A DNA stretch of 64,000 bases, from assembly GCA_963750275.1 (NCBI GenBank), contig CAVVQC010000007.1, positions 104,346-168,345 on the forward strand, read 5' to 3'. Positions 10,993 to 20,411 of this stretch are shown piece after piece. Numbering within the stretch: position 1 is the first letter of the stretch; each line of letters opens with the position of its first letter. Position numbers and translations under genes: made by a program. This DNA comes from an uncultured Chloroflexia bacterium (GTDB lineage Bacteria; Chloroflexota; Chloroflexia; Thermomicrobiales; UBA6265). The notes beneath the pieces are model-generated. The model was not told the DNA's origin. It did not search any database and saw nothing but the letters and a program-made list of their open reading frames with translations.

Positions 10993-12048
10993 CTAGACCG
11001 GCAAAAGTCCTTCGACCTTGAAGAGCTCAGCATTCAAGATACTCGCACCGGCCGCACCGCGAATCGTGTTATGCCCCAGCAGCACGTACTTCACCCCCAG
11101 GATCGGGCACTCGCGCAACCGACCGACCACGGAGGCCATACCTCGTTCGCAATCACGGTCCAGGTTCGGTTGCGGGCGGTTGCGCTCTTCGCGCACCACG
11201 ATCGGACGCTTCGGCGCACTGGGAAGATCGAGGAGCTGCGGCCGCCCCTTGAAGGTCCGGAACACGTCGGCCACGTCCCCTGGTGTCGCGCTCTGACCAA
11301 GCTTCACCGAAACCGATTCGGTGTGACCGTCGCGGACCGGCACCCGCGTGCAGGTGGCGCTGACCACCACCGGGTCGAACTGGAAGCCATCCTGCCACTT
11401 GCCGAGCAGCTTCTGCGTTTCTTCGGCCATTTTTTCTTCTTCAGTCGGAATAAAGGGGACCACATTGTCGATCATGTCGAGCGATGGCACACCCGGATAC
11501 CCCGCTCCGGAAACCGCCTGCAAGGTGGTGACCATCACCTGCTCCAGACCGAAGGCATCCTGCAGTGGTTTGAGTGTAAGCACCATGTGGATTGCCGAGC
11601 AGTTTGGATTGGTGACGATGAATCCCGACCAACCGCGGTTCTTCTTCTGGGTTTCGATAGCGCGGGCATGATCCGGATTCACCTCCGGGATCATGAGGGG
11701 GATATCGTCGCCCATCCGGTGAAAGGAGGTGTTGGACAGCACCGCATGGCCGTCCTTCGCCAGACGCTGCTCGATTTCCTCAGCGACTTCACCAGGAAGC
11801 GCAGAAAAGGCAATCGGGCTATCGATCTGATCGACGTAATCCTTGACGACCATATCGGCCACGCTTGCCGGCACAGTCGAATCGAGTCGCCAATCGGCAG
11901 CCTCACGATAGGGACGCCCAACCGAGCGTTCGGAAGCGACCAGCTCGGCCACCTCGAACCACGGATGGTGCTCGAGGAGCTGGACAAATCGTTGTCCCAC
12001 GCTCCCCGTGGCTCCGAGGACAGCTACTGGAATTTTCTTCGACGACAT
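10993..12048 (-). CDS. asd: Aspartate-semialdehyde dehydrogenase (archaeal/fungal-type clade)
   Basis: VLGATGSVGQRF, HPWF, NPNCS, QAVSGAGYPG, HNTIRGAAG. Confidence 0.95.
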   Translation of the reverse strand: MSSKKIPVAVLGATGSVGQRFVQLLEHHPWFEVAELVASERSVGRPYREAADWRLDSTVPASVADMVVKDYVDQIDSPIAFSALPGEVAEEIEQRLAKDGHAVLSNTSFHRMGDDIPLMIPEVNPDHARAIETQKKNRGWSGFIVTNPNCSAIHMVLTLKPLQDAFGLEQVMVTTLQAVSGAGYPGVPSLDMIDNVVPFIPTEEEKMAEETQKLLGKWQDGFQFDPVVVSATCTRVPVRDGHTESVSVKLGQSATPGDVADVFRTFKGRPQLLDLPSAPKRPIVVREERNRPQPNLDRDCERGMASVVGRLRECPILGVKYVLLGHNTIRGAAGASILNAELFKVEGLLPV

Positions 12049-12114
12049 CGATCATCCTTTCATACAAACAACGCATACAAACAATGAAGGCGGTGATCTT
12101 CCCCACCGCCTCGA

Positions 12115-13565
12115 CTATCCGACCTGAACCGATTCCGCCATCATTCGCGAGCGACGCTGGCGACGAAGCTTGGCGCCACTTGGGCGCGAGCCGATGAACT
12201 CGTCATGGATCGCCATCAGCCCGCGATCGGCCAGGGACTGCGGCACCGCAGCCACCATGGCGACATTGGAGAGTTGTTGATTGGATGCCAGCACCGGAAT
12301 CCCCTCGCGCTGCAACACGCCGAGCATGCGCGCTAATGCGCGCGATTGATCCGCTGCGCCCTGCCCAACCGCTGCCAGCACGGCGACCTCTTCCGTGCAG
12401 CCGATCTCGACCTCGTACTCCCGTTCGCGCAACACCTCTTCGATCCGGGAGCACAGCCGGTTGCAGCCACCATAGTTGCCGGCCTCGATGAGATAGGTCA
12501 TCCGGCGGCGGCTGGACGCCTGCGCGGCCAGCACGACTTCGGTGCGGTCTTCATAGAGCGCTCCAAACACCGCCGACGCGGCGCCGGAAAGGTCTTCCAA
12601 CTCGGGCACATCGACGGTCAGCAGGATGAGGTTCTTCATGACCGTTACGGCTTTGAGATAGTCGCTGCTCGATTCCCGGGTCACCAGCGTGCCTGGTTCG
12701 TACGGGCAAACGTGGAAAGAATGCGTACCGGGATGCCGAGCGCGACCGCGGGACGGATCGTACGCGGATGGAGAACTTTCGCGCCGAAGTGCGCCAGCTC
12801 CTGCGCTTCTTCGAAGCCAAGCTGTGGCACCTCGCGGGCGTCCGGCACCATTCGGGGATCGGCCGAGAGCACACCAGGTACATCGGTCCAGATCTGAACC
12901 TCGTCCGCATGCAACGCCGCGCCCAGCAGGGTGGCGCTGTAATCGGAGCCGCCCCGTCCGAGCGTGGTCGTGGTGCCGTCCGGCGCGCCACCAATGAAAC
13001 CGGTCATGACAACCGTTTTCCCCTCCTCGAGCAATGGCCACACGATCGCGTCAGCTTGCTCGCGGGTGCGATCGTGTTCGGGACGCGCCGCCCCGTAACG
13101 CGCGTCGGTGGCAAGTACCCGGTCGGCGAAGACCGCTTCGGCGGGATAACCCCGCGACCGCAGCGTAGCTGCCATCAGCAGGCTCATCACCTTCTCACCG
13201 GTCGACACGATCCGATCGGAATTTTTTGCCGAGAATTCCCCCGCAACTGCCACATCCGCCAAAGTCAGCTCCAGCGCCGTGTGCAAATCGCCAATGCGGA
13301 CTGCGGTTTCCTTGCGGTCGGCGCCATCCGGAAGCCCTTCCAAAATCGCGAGGTGTTTCTCGGCGATCACCTGGACCGTAGCGGACATGCCGCCCCGGTC
13401 GCCGCTGGCGGCTTGCCGTCCAGCTTCCAGGAGCAGATTGGTCACACCAGAAGCGGCTGATACGACGACCGCGCGGGGAGCGGGTTGGGCGGCGGCAATG
13501 GCGGCCGCTTCCCGAACCCGTTCGAGTGAGCCGACGGAGGTGCCTCCGAACTTGAGTACGATCAT
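12115..13565 (-). CDS. lysC: Aspartate kinase with ACT domains, frameshifted at a C-run near 12705
   Basis: MIVLKFGGTS, TTLGRGGSDYSA, DPR, GAKVLHP; adding one C restores FAPYEPGTLV and joins the ACT-bearing ORF. Confidence 0.9.
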
Positions 13566-13582
13566 GCGCGTCGATCCTGCGT

Positions 13583-13621
13583 AAAACAAAAAAGAGGCGG
13601 GAGCGTTGTTCGCTCCCGCCT
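13583..13621 (-). terminator. Intrinsic terminator of the lysC attenuator
   Basis: AGGCGGGAGCG-AACAA-CGCTCCCGCCT followed by CTTTTTTGTTTT, about 18 nt before the lysC ATG. Confidence 0.9.
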
Positions 13622-13649
13622 GCCGGTGATGCCTGGTTACGTCGCTCGC

Positions 13650-13760
13650 TCAGACGTCTCCCCATCTACCGGCAGGCGTGCGCTTGGTAATCATCATGGT
13701 CATCATGAGGATCCCCAGGGGCGCGCCGGTAGTAGTGGTCGTGATCGAGCGATTCGTCAT
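13650..13760 (-). CDS. Attenuator leader peptide MTNRSITTTTTGAPLGILMMTMMITKRTPAGRWGDV
   Basis: 36 aa with 9 Thr, 4 internal Met, 3 Ile, 1 Lys; contains an 11-nt strand complementary to the 5' flank and arm of the terminator. Confidence 0.88.
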   Translation of the reverse strand: MTNRSITTTTTGAPLGILMMTMMITKRTPAGRWGDV

Positions 13761-13766
13761 AGGGTC

Positions 13767-13795
13767 ACTATACCGGGCGATTCGGCCTGGTGCAA
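13767..13795 (-). promoter_or_regulatory. Sigma70-type promoter TTGCAC-N17-TATAGT, leaderless to the leader peptide
   Basis: -35 at 13795-13790, -10 at 13772-13767, 6 nt to ATG 13760. Confidence 0.75.
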
Positions 13796-14148
13796 CGGCA
13801 GTATGAAAACGCGGCTTTCGTGGCAATTGATTGGAATTCAGTTTGATTCGCCGAAAGAGTGTGCTTCGATGAGAATTTCCGCTCGACTTGGCCATCGCTC
13901 TCAAGATCGCTCTACGTGGGGCGGCATACCTCGCAACCTACCCGGTGCCGGGTACCATTCCAGCAAATGACTGACCTTTGGATCTCACTCGATCGCACCG
14001 TCGCCGGCGCGCCGCATACTCGGAGACTGCTCACGCATCGACTGGGATCGACCGTCGTGTGGCGGCCTCGGCTACTCGACGAGCCCGAAGATCTCAGGTT
14101 TGGATTTGACCTCCCGCTGTCTCGGTGACCCGGCGAGCACGTGTTTGC

Positions 14149-14967
14149 ATGGATAACCAGCTTGTGACTATCGACAGCATCAAAACCACGTATGTCGAAG
14201 CCTATGGCCGAGTCGTTGCCCTCGAATGCGATGACACGCTGTTCGACCTGCCCTATCTTCCGTTCAACTGGCTTGCTACGCCCCCATCCGGCACGATCGA
14301 TCGCCGCTATTCAGTGGCGCGCACCGGCGAGAGCGCCTGGGAGATTGCCATCGACGACCAACCCTCGACCACGCTCTCCGACGCGAGCTTGATTGCCGAA
14401 TATATTGAAGGCGATCTGCATCATTGGCTCGCCACCTATACGACAGACTTCCTCTTTGTTCATGCCGGCTGCGTGAGCTGGCGCGATCGCGCCATCGTCA
14501 TTCCAGGCCGCTCCTACGCGGGAAAAACAACGCTCACTCAGGCACTCCTGGAAGCAGGGGCTGTCTACTATTCTGATGATTATGCGGTGATCGACGCTGA
14601 CGGCACGATTCATGCCTTCCCCCGGCAGCTACGCGTCCGTTCCGAATCGATCGGACCGAGCCGCCTGGTCGACCCAGTCAGCAGCAATTGGCCAGTGGGA
14701 CGCGATCCCATTCGGGCTGGAGTCGTTGCGGCGCTGACGTATGACGCCGAGCTGGGGTGGGACGTTGCAACGCTGAGTCGTGGGATGGGAGCGCTTTCGC
14801 TGCTGGATAACACCGTTGCCGCGCGCGAACGCCCGGAAGACGCATTGCGCCTCATGAGCAGGGCAGTGTTTGGCGCGATCTCCATCAAAGGGACCCGCGA
14901 CTCTGCTACCAACACCGCTCAACGGCTGATTGCCATGGTTGATGATCTGCTCAAAAGCGCGGGTTAA
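14149..14967 (+). CDS. HPr-kinase-like P-loop kinase
   Basis: FVHAGCV, IPGRSYAGKTT, YYSDDYAV, FPR. Confidence 0.75.
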   Translation: MDNQLVTIDSIKTTYVEAYGRVVALECDDTLFDLPYLPFNWLATPPSGTIDRRYSVARTGESAWEIAIDDQPSTTLSDASLIAEYIEGDLHHWLATYTTDFLFVHAGCVSWRDRAIVIPGRSYAGKTTLTQALLEAGAVYYSDDYAVIDADGTIHAFPRQLRVRSESIGPSRLVDPVSSNWPVGRDPIRAGVVAALTYDAELGWDVATLSRGMGALSLLDNTVAARERPEDALRLMSRAVFGAISIKGTRDSATNTAQRLIAMVDDLLKSAG

Positions 14968-15038
14968 TTCCAAACACGGCAAGCGCCACTGGTTCACACC
15001 TGCAAAAGCATTTCCCCGTGGAGATGTCGAATCCGGGA

Positions 15039-16694
15039 TTACGCTTTGCTCGCGCTTCCGGGGACGAGTTGTCGAACTTTCTCCCCAAATTTCTGGCCCG
15101 AGCCGTTCTGTGACGGCGGATCGGAGCCGCCCGGAGAATCGTTACTCCCATAGTAATAGTAGTAACTATCAGCCCGGCTGCGCTTCTGGTAGTTGAGGGC
15201 AACGCCAATCACCCGCGCCGTCTCCGGCAGCGCTGCGACAGCAGATTGCAGTCGGTCGATCCGGGTCTCATTGGCGCGTGAAACCAACAGTACATCCTTG
15301 GCCACATCGGCCACCACCAAAGCATCTGTCACCGCCAGCGCGGGCGGAGTGTCGAGGATCACCATGTCGAATTCATCATTCAGGGTTTCCAGCAACGCCT
15401 TGAACCGTGGACTCTTCAGGAGATCGCCGGGATTCGGAGGAATCGGACCAGAGGTGATAACCCGCAGCTTGAGATCGGCATTGGTTCGAGCCACCGAATT
15501 CCAGTCGACATCCGATCGCGCCAGCAATGTCGACAACCCGCGCTCGTTCGTAAGGTTGAACGCTTCCTGCTGTGCCGGACGCCGCATGTCGGCATCGATA
15601 ACCACTACGCTGAATCCTGCCTGGGCCATCGCAACCGCGAGATTGGCAACCACGGTGCTCTTGCCTTCGCCTGGACCGGCACTCGTCACCGCCAGCGTCT
15701 TGACATCAGTACTGGCGATGGCGAATTCCACATTGGCGCGCAGTAAGCGCACCGATTCGGCTTCGGGGGACATTGGTTGGTCGAGGATGAAGAGCTGGTG
15801 TGGCAATCTTTCCATGGATGGAACGATCGGGATGGTGGTCATCAACGGCGCGCCAATCAGCTCGTTGAACGGCGTGTCCACCTTGGTCGTGTTATCAAGA
15901 TATTCGAGCAGGAAGACCGCACCGATGCCGATACAGAGTCCGGCCAGCAGCGCCAACAGGGTATACAACCGCACATTGGGCGCATACGGCGCTCCCGGAA
16001 CCGTCGCCTCCTGAACTACGACTACTCCGGTTTGTGCACCGGCTTGCTGGAGGTCCATCTGATTCGCGGCAAGGAGCAGGTTCTGATACTGGCTTCGCAG
16101 ATCAGTCAGGTTCAATCGCAATGTATCGATCTGGGCGGCAACATCCGGGGAGAGAATATCCTCGCTGGCGACGAGATTGTCGATCAATCGCTGGTTCGTA
16201 GAGATCTTCGCATCAGTAGAAGAAATCTGTTGATTGAGCGCCTCGCGATAGGGACCCGACAGTTCCTCGGTACGGGCCTGCGCAAAGCTTTGAAATTGGG
16301 CGGCGATGGCATTCGCCAGCACGGCCGCGGTCTCTGGATTGGGATCGGACACTGAAATGCGCATGAGCCGCGTATTTGCAAGAGGAGCGGTAGTGATCTT
16401 GGCGCGCAGTTGGTCCTCGGTCAGAGGAAGCTTGAGATCATCGATGACAGGCTGGAGGACCGCCGAGGTCGTAATAAGCGCTTGATACGTGGCAACCACA
16501 CTGTTGTCATAATACGAAAACTGGTCGGCCCCCATGGTGGGCGGATTGATCTCGACCGTCGACGACGCGCTATAGAGCTCTTGCTGCCGTGAAACTTGGG
16601 CGAATGCAACCGTACCGGCCACCAATGGGGCCAGCACGAGCAACCACCACCAGCGACGCGCCATTGCTGCCAGATTTTGAAGCGTAAGGTCCAA
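15039..16694 (-). CDS. Polysaccharide co-polymerase / tyrosine autokinase (Wzc, CpsC-CpsD fusion)
   Basis: Wzz-type N-terminus RRWWWL, AESVRLLRAN, GEGKST, IDADMRRP, DTPP, C-terminal YYYYY cluster. Confidence 0.92.
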   Translation of the reverse strand: MDLTLQNLAAMARRWWWLLVLAPLVAGTVAFAQVSRQQELYSASSTVEINPPTMGADQFSYYDNSVVATYQALITTSAVLQPVIDDLKLPLTEDQLRAKITTAPLANTRLMRISVSDPNPETAAVLANAIAAQFQSFAQARTEELSGPYREALNQQISSTDAKISTNQRLIDNLVASEDILSPDVAAQIDTLRLNLTDLRSQYQNLLLAANQMDLQQAGAQTGVVVVQEATVPGAPYAPNVRLYTLLALLAGLCIGIGAVFLLEYLDNTTKVDTPFNELIGAPLMTTIPIVPSMERLPHQLFILDQPMSPEAESVRLLRANVEFAIASTDVKTLAVTSAGPGEGKSTVVANLAVAMAQAGFSVVVIDADMRRPAQQEAFNLTNERGLSTLLARSDVDWNSVARTNADLKLRVITSGPIPPNPGDLLKSPRFKALLETLNDEFDMVILDTPPALAVTDALVVADVAKDVLLVSRANETRIDRLQSAVAALPETARVIGVALNYQKRSRADSYYYYYGSNDSPGGSDPPSQNGSGQKFGEKVRQLVPGSASKA

Positions 16695-16967
16695 GTATTA
16701 GCCTTCCGGCCAATTTGGAGGCCGGTCGATAATGCCAAAAAAGGCGATTGCAGTTGGCTGTGTGTGGCGCCATCGTAATGCACAGTACGAACGAATTTCA
16801 ATCATAGCGTGGCAATGGAGAAAAGAGTGATTCGAAATGCGGGCAATTCGCTACATCGCGCAGCCAATTCCACCGAAAGTCCTGTCGAATTCGGATGCGA
16901 TGATCAATTTGCGGAGTGCGATACTTGCCCAGATGAATGATTGGGCTCCGTCACCAGTGTCACACCA

Positions 16968-18137
16968 ATGCAAACCGCGATAGTTTCCCCGGTCATGCCG
17001 CGACTTGCCGGGGCGGAAACGTTGCGGGTCGGACTGGTGCACGACTATCTGACCCAGTTCGGCGGAGCCGAACGGGTGCTAGTGGCGCTGCACGAGCTGT
17101 TTCCGGCTGCGCCGATCTTTTGCTCGATCGCTGATCCGTCATCGCTCCCCGATGTCACCCAGGATTGGGATGTGCGCGAAAGCGCCATTGCCAGGCTCCC
17201 CGGTGCGGCTTCCTATCATCGGGCAATGATTCCGGTGTACCCCGCGATCTTCCGCCGCTTCGAAGCCGACCTGCGCGATCTCGACATCGTCATCGTCGAT
17301 TCCAGCGCTTGGGCGCATCATGTTCCGGTAGCGCCCACCACCGGTTTACTCTGCTATTGCCATAGTCCCGCGCGATTTCTCTATGGCGACCGCGACTATC
17401 TGGAACCGGCCGCGCTGCCGCCCGGCGTGCGTCATGTCATGCACGCGATCTTTGGCGGCTTGCGCCGCTCAGATCGCCGTGCCGCCGAACGAGTCGATCG
17501 CTTTATCGCCAATTCGCGTAATGTCGCAGCACGTATCGAGCGCACCTATCGCCGGCATGCCACAGTCATCTATCCCCCAGTCGATCTTCCGGCGTTCGAT
17601 CCCACGATTCCCAAGGAAGAGTGGTTCCTCGTCGTCTCCCGTCTGGTGCCACACAAACGGGTCGATCTGGCGGTTCGCGCCTGTTCGCGCTACGGCATTC
17701 CCTTGAAGGTGGTTGGCACGGGCCGTTCGGAAAACGAGCTGCGCGCAGTGGCGGGACCGACCGTCGAGCTGCTGGGCCGCCTCGAAGATGATGCAGTGCA
17801 GGAGTTGATGGCTCGTTGCAAAGGTTTCATCCTGGCGGGATCCGAGGATTTCGGCATCTCCGCGGTGGAAGCGCAAGCCGCTGGGCGGCCGGTGATAGCC
17901 TTCGGAGCCGGCGGCGCGCTCGAATCGATCATCCCCGGCGAAACGGGAGTGTTCTTCTATGAACGCACCGCGGAATCACTGATGGACGCGATCCGCCGTT
18001 TCGACAAGATCGACTGGGATCCCGCGAAAGCCCGCGCAAATGCCGAGCGATTCTCCAAAGACCGGTTTCAGCGCGAAATCATGGAAGAAGTGCGCGCCGT
18101 ATTACTGCAAAAACAAGCCATCAAGGAAAGCGCCTGA
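16968..18137 (+). CDS. GT4 glycosyltransferase
   Basis: HDYLTQFGGAERV, YCHSPAR, SRLVPHKR, EDFGISAVEAQAAGRPV. Confidence 0.92.
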   Translation: MQTAIVSPVMPRLAGAETLRVGLVHDYLTQFGGAERVLVALHELFPAAPIFCSIADPSSLPDVTQDWDVRESAIARLPGAASYHRAMIPVYPAIFRRFEADLRDLDIVIVDSSAWAHHVPVAPTTGLLCYCHSPARFLYGDRDYLEPAALPPGVRHVMHAIFGGLRRSDRRAAERVDRFIANSRNVAARIERTYRRHATVIYPPVDLPAFDPTIPKEEWFLVVSRLVPHKRVDLAVRACSRYGIPLKVVGTGRSENELRAVAGPTVELLGRLEDDAVQELMARCKGFILAGSEDFGISAVEAQAAGRPVIAFGAGGALESIIPGETGVFFYERTAESLMDAIRRFDKIDWDPAKARANAERFSKDRFQREIMEEVRAVLLQKQAIKESA

Positions 18138-18799
18138 TGCAATGGGGCGATGAGCCAGTCGGATTAGTCCTCTCGCGCAACGAGATTTGGCTCCTGTTGC
18201 ACGCGCTGACAGCAGGTCCGCGTCCCGCCGTTGGATGGGACGGGTCGCCGGTCGAACCGTGGGCGGCTGGCGAACTCCGCTTGCGGTTGCAATCGGCGCT
18301 CAATCCAGAACCGCTTGGCGCGGTCGATCAGCGCCCTATCATCGATCTCGATTCGGATATGGGGCACACGCTCGCCGCCGCTGGCGTCATGCCGCTGGTA
18401 ACTGACGACGGATTCGATCTCGGGGCCATCGTGGCCGCTTGCGCCGAACGGGGCTGGGGTGCGCAGGTGAGCATCCCGCTCGGCGCAACCCAGGTCACAC
18501 CGGCCGACGCGTCTGTCACCACCCGCAACGCAATCGGGGAGCCCCAGGTCCATACCGGACTCGAGCGTCCGGTGGTCGCGCTGGCGCGGGCATTCATCGC
18601 GGCCTGGATGGAGATGAGCCAATTCAGCGAACCAGAGCGACTCGAGGTCGGACCCGACCATTACGTGATTTATCTCGATTCGGTCGGCCCCGGCGAAAAA
18701 CCTGAAACGATCGAACGAATGAAGCGGCAGGGGTGGGAACTGGTTCTCGACGAAACGGGGCAGCCGGAAGCCCGTTTGATCTTTCGCAATGTGGAATAG
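18137..18799 (+). CDS. Hypothetical protein
   Basis: 220-aa ORF coupled to the GT4 stop (TGATG). Confidence 0.6.
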   Translation: MQWGDEPVGLVLSRNEIWLLLHALTAGPRPAVGWDGSPVEPWAAGELRLRLQSALNPEPLGAVDQRPIIDLDSDMGHTLAAAGVMPLVTDDGFDLGAIVAACAERGWGAQVSIPLGATQVTPADASVTTRNAIGEPQVHTGLERPVVALARAFIAAWMEMSQFSEPERLEVGPDHYVIYLDSVGPGEKPETIERMKRQGWELVLDETGQPEARLIFRNVE

Positions 18800-18836
18800 C
18801 AGTCGCGAGGATGAGGAAAGGAAATCAGATTCACTC

Positions 18837-19655
18837 ATGACCGATCGCGCGCCCGTGCTCGTGTTGGACGATATCTCTCTCTTTTTACCTGAGGGGTTGC
18901 AGGTCCTGAACCACATCGACTGGACCGTGCAGCCCGGCGAGCAATGGGCCTTGCTCGGTCCGAATGGCTCCGGGAAATCGACGCTGATCGCGATTGCCGG
19001 GGCCATGCGCTTTCCGAGCAAGGGAACGGCGGACGTACTCGGCAAACGCCTGGGCACCATCAGTCTCTGGGCACTGCGCGAGCAAATTGGGCATATCAGT
19101 CCATCGCAGACGGTGCACGATTGGCAGTCGGTGGAAGAGGTCGTCCTCACCGGGGCCACCAGCACGGCGTGGGTCCTGGCTGATCGTATCAGCGAGGCCG
19201 ACTATGCCCGGGCAAACGAGCAACTGGAGCTGGTCGGCGCGCTCGACCTGAAAGAACGTGAATTCGCCACGCTGTCCCAGGGGGAAAAGCAACGCGTACG
19301 CATCGCGCGGGCGCTGATGCCTGATCCGCCTCTGCTCCTGCTGGACGAACCGGCGACCGGGCTCGACCTGCCCTCACGCGAGGCGCTGCTCTCTGCCCTG
19401 GCCACGATGGCACGCGCCAAACCAGAGCTCTCCACGGTATTCGTCTCGCACCACCTGGAAGAGCTGCCGGCATCCACCACCCATGCCATGCTCCTGCGCG
19501 CTGGAGAAATCGTCGCGATTGGTCCTGCGCAGGATGTGCTCACCAGCCAGCATGTCTCGGAAGCATTCGGTTACCCGATCGAGGTCAGCTATGCCTATGG
19601 TCGGTGGTCAGCCCGCGGCTCGGCGAGCTGGCACACGCGGCGTGAAGATGGGTAG
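18837..19655 (+). CDS. ABC ATP-binding protein (ModF-like, orphan)
   Basis: GPNGSGKST, LSQGE, LLLDEP, SHH. Confidence 0.9.
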   Translation: MTDRAPVLVLDDISLFLPEGLQVLNHIDWTVQPGEQWALLGPNGSGKSTLIAIAGAMRFPSKGTADVLGKRLGTISLWALREQIGHISPSQTVHDWQSVEEVVLTGATSTAWVLADRISEADYARANEQLELVGALDLKEREFATLSQGEKQRVRIARALMPDPPLLLLDEPATGLDLPSREALLSALATMARAKPELSTVFVSHHLEELPASTTHAMLLRAGEIVAIGPAQDVLTSQHVSEAFGYPIEVSYAYGRWSARGSASWHTRREDG

Positions 19656-19658
19656 GCG

Positions 19659-20392
19659 TCAGGGACTGGCACGATAGGGATCCTCGAACCAGCGGCTGGG
19701 ATTCGCTTCGATGTATCTGCGGAATTTTTCGAGATCGTATTCATTTCGCACGATTCGTTCGTAATAGTTCCGTTGCCAAAGCTTCCCATCAGAGGGTGGC
19801 CAGCCATCATCACGCACCCCAAGACGATAGCGATGCGTTGTCAGGGATTTGTATCGCTCGACCACATCTGAAAGCGACAATCGTCGCGCAGTCGTTTCCG
19901 GGTCCTGATATCCCGTCGACTCGGTAGGGGCGCCTCCCCGCGGGCGCCCTGGTGCGGGAACGAAATCCTCCGAGGTGGAAACTTGGTTCTCGGGTTCGTT
20001 TAGCCTGGCAAATTGGGGTAAATCCGGAGCATTCGTGTTGGCACGAGGGCGCCCGCGGGGAGGCGCCCCTACCGGGATACTTGGTGGTTGGTCCCCGATG
20101 GTGGGATACAAATCGGATTCCTGAGGGATGAGAAAGACGACGCCGTGGATATGGTTGGGCATCACGATGAAAGCGTCGATTTCGACACCCGGGTAGGCGG
20201 CGGGGATTTCGTCCCAGGTGCGTTGGATCATTCTACCGGCGGGATTCAGATTCATCTGGCCATCGCGAATATCACCGAAAGGTGAGCCTTGTTCTGCGTG
20301 CAAATGGTCACGACATACAGACCCGGGGTTCGGTAGTCGAACCCCGGGAGACGGATCGAACGACGGTGGTGCCGTTCCGGATCGTAAGGCAC
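19659..20392 (-). mobile_element. REP-associated tyrosine (Y1/HUH) transposase, frameshifted at a T-run near 20279
   Basis: From GTG 20392: PYDPERHHRRSIRLPGFDY...VTICT; MPNHIHG HUH motif; WQRNYYERIVR; YIEANP. Confidence 0.88.
19922..20074. repeat. GTAG-type REP inverted doublet inside the transposase
   Basis: 29-bp perfect inverted repeat CGGTAGGGGCGCCTCCCCGCGGGCGCCCT at 19922-19950 and 20046-20074. Confidence 0.9.
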
Positions 20393-20411
20393 GTGTTGTC
20401 GGTGTTCGTCG

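Noticed and set aside
12681-12720. Programmed frameshift producing alpha/beta aspartokinase subunits
   Set aside because: No slippery heptamer; a one-base homopolymer loss explains it, and similar indels occur elsewhere in the window
13570-13800. Lysine riboswitch or T-box upstream of lysC
   Set aside because: No L-box or T-box consensus; the leader ORF and stems explain the region
13968-14128. Lasso peptide precursor next to the kinase
   Set aside because: No YxxP..L/T-x-G leader pattern and no cyclase or protease genes
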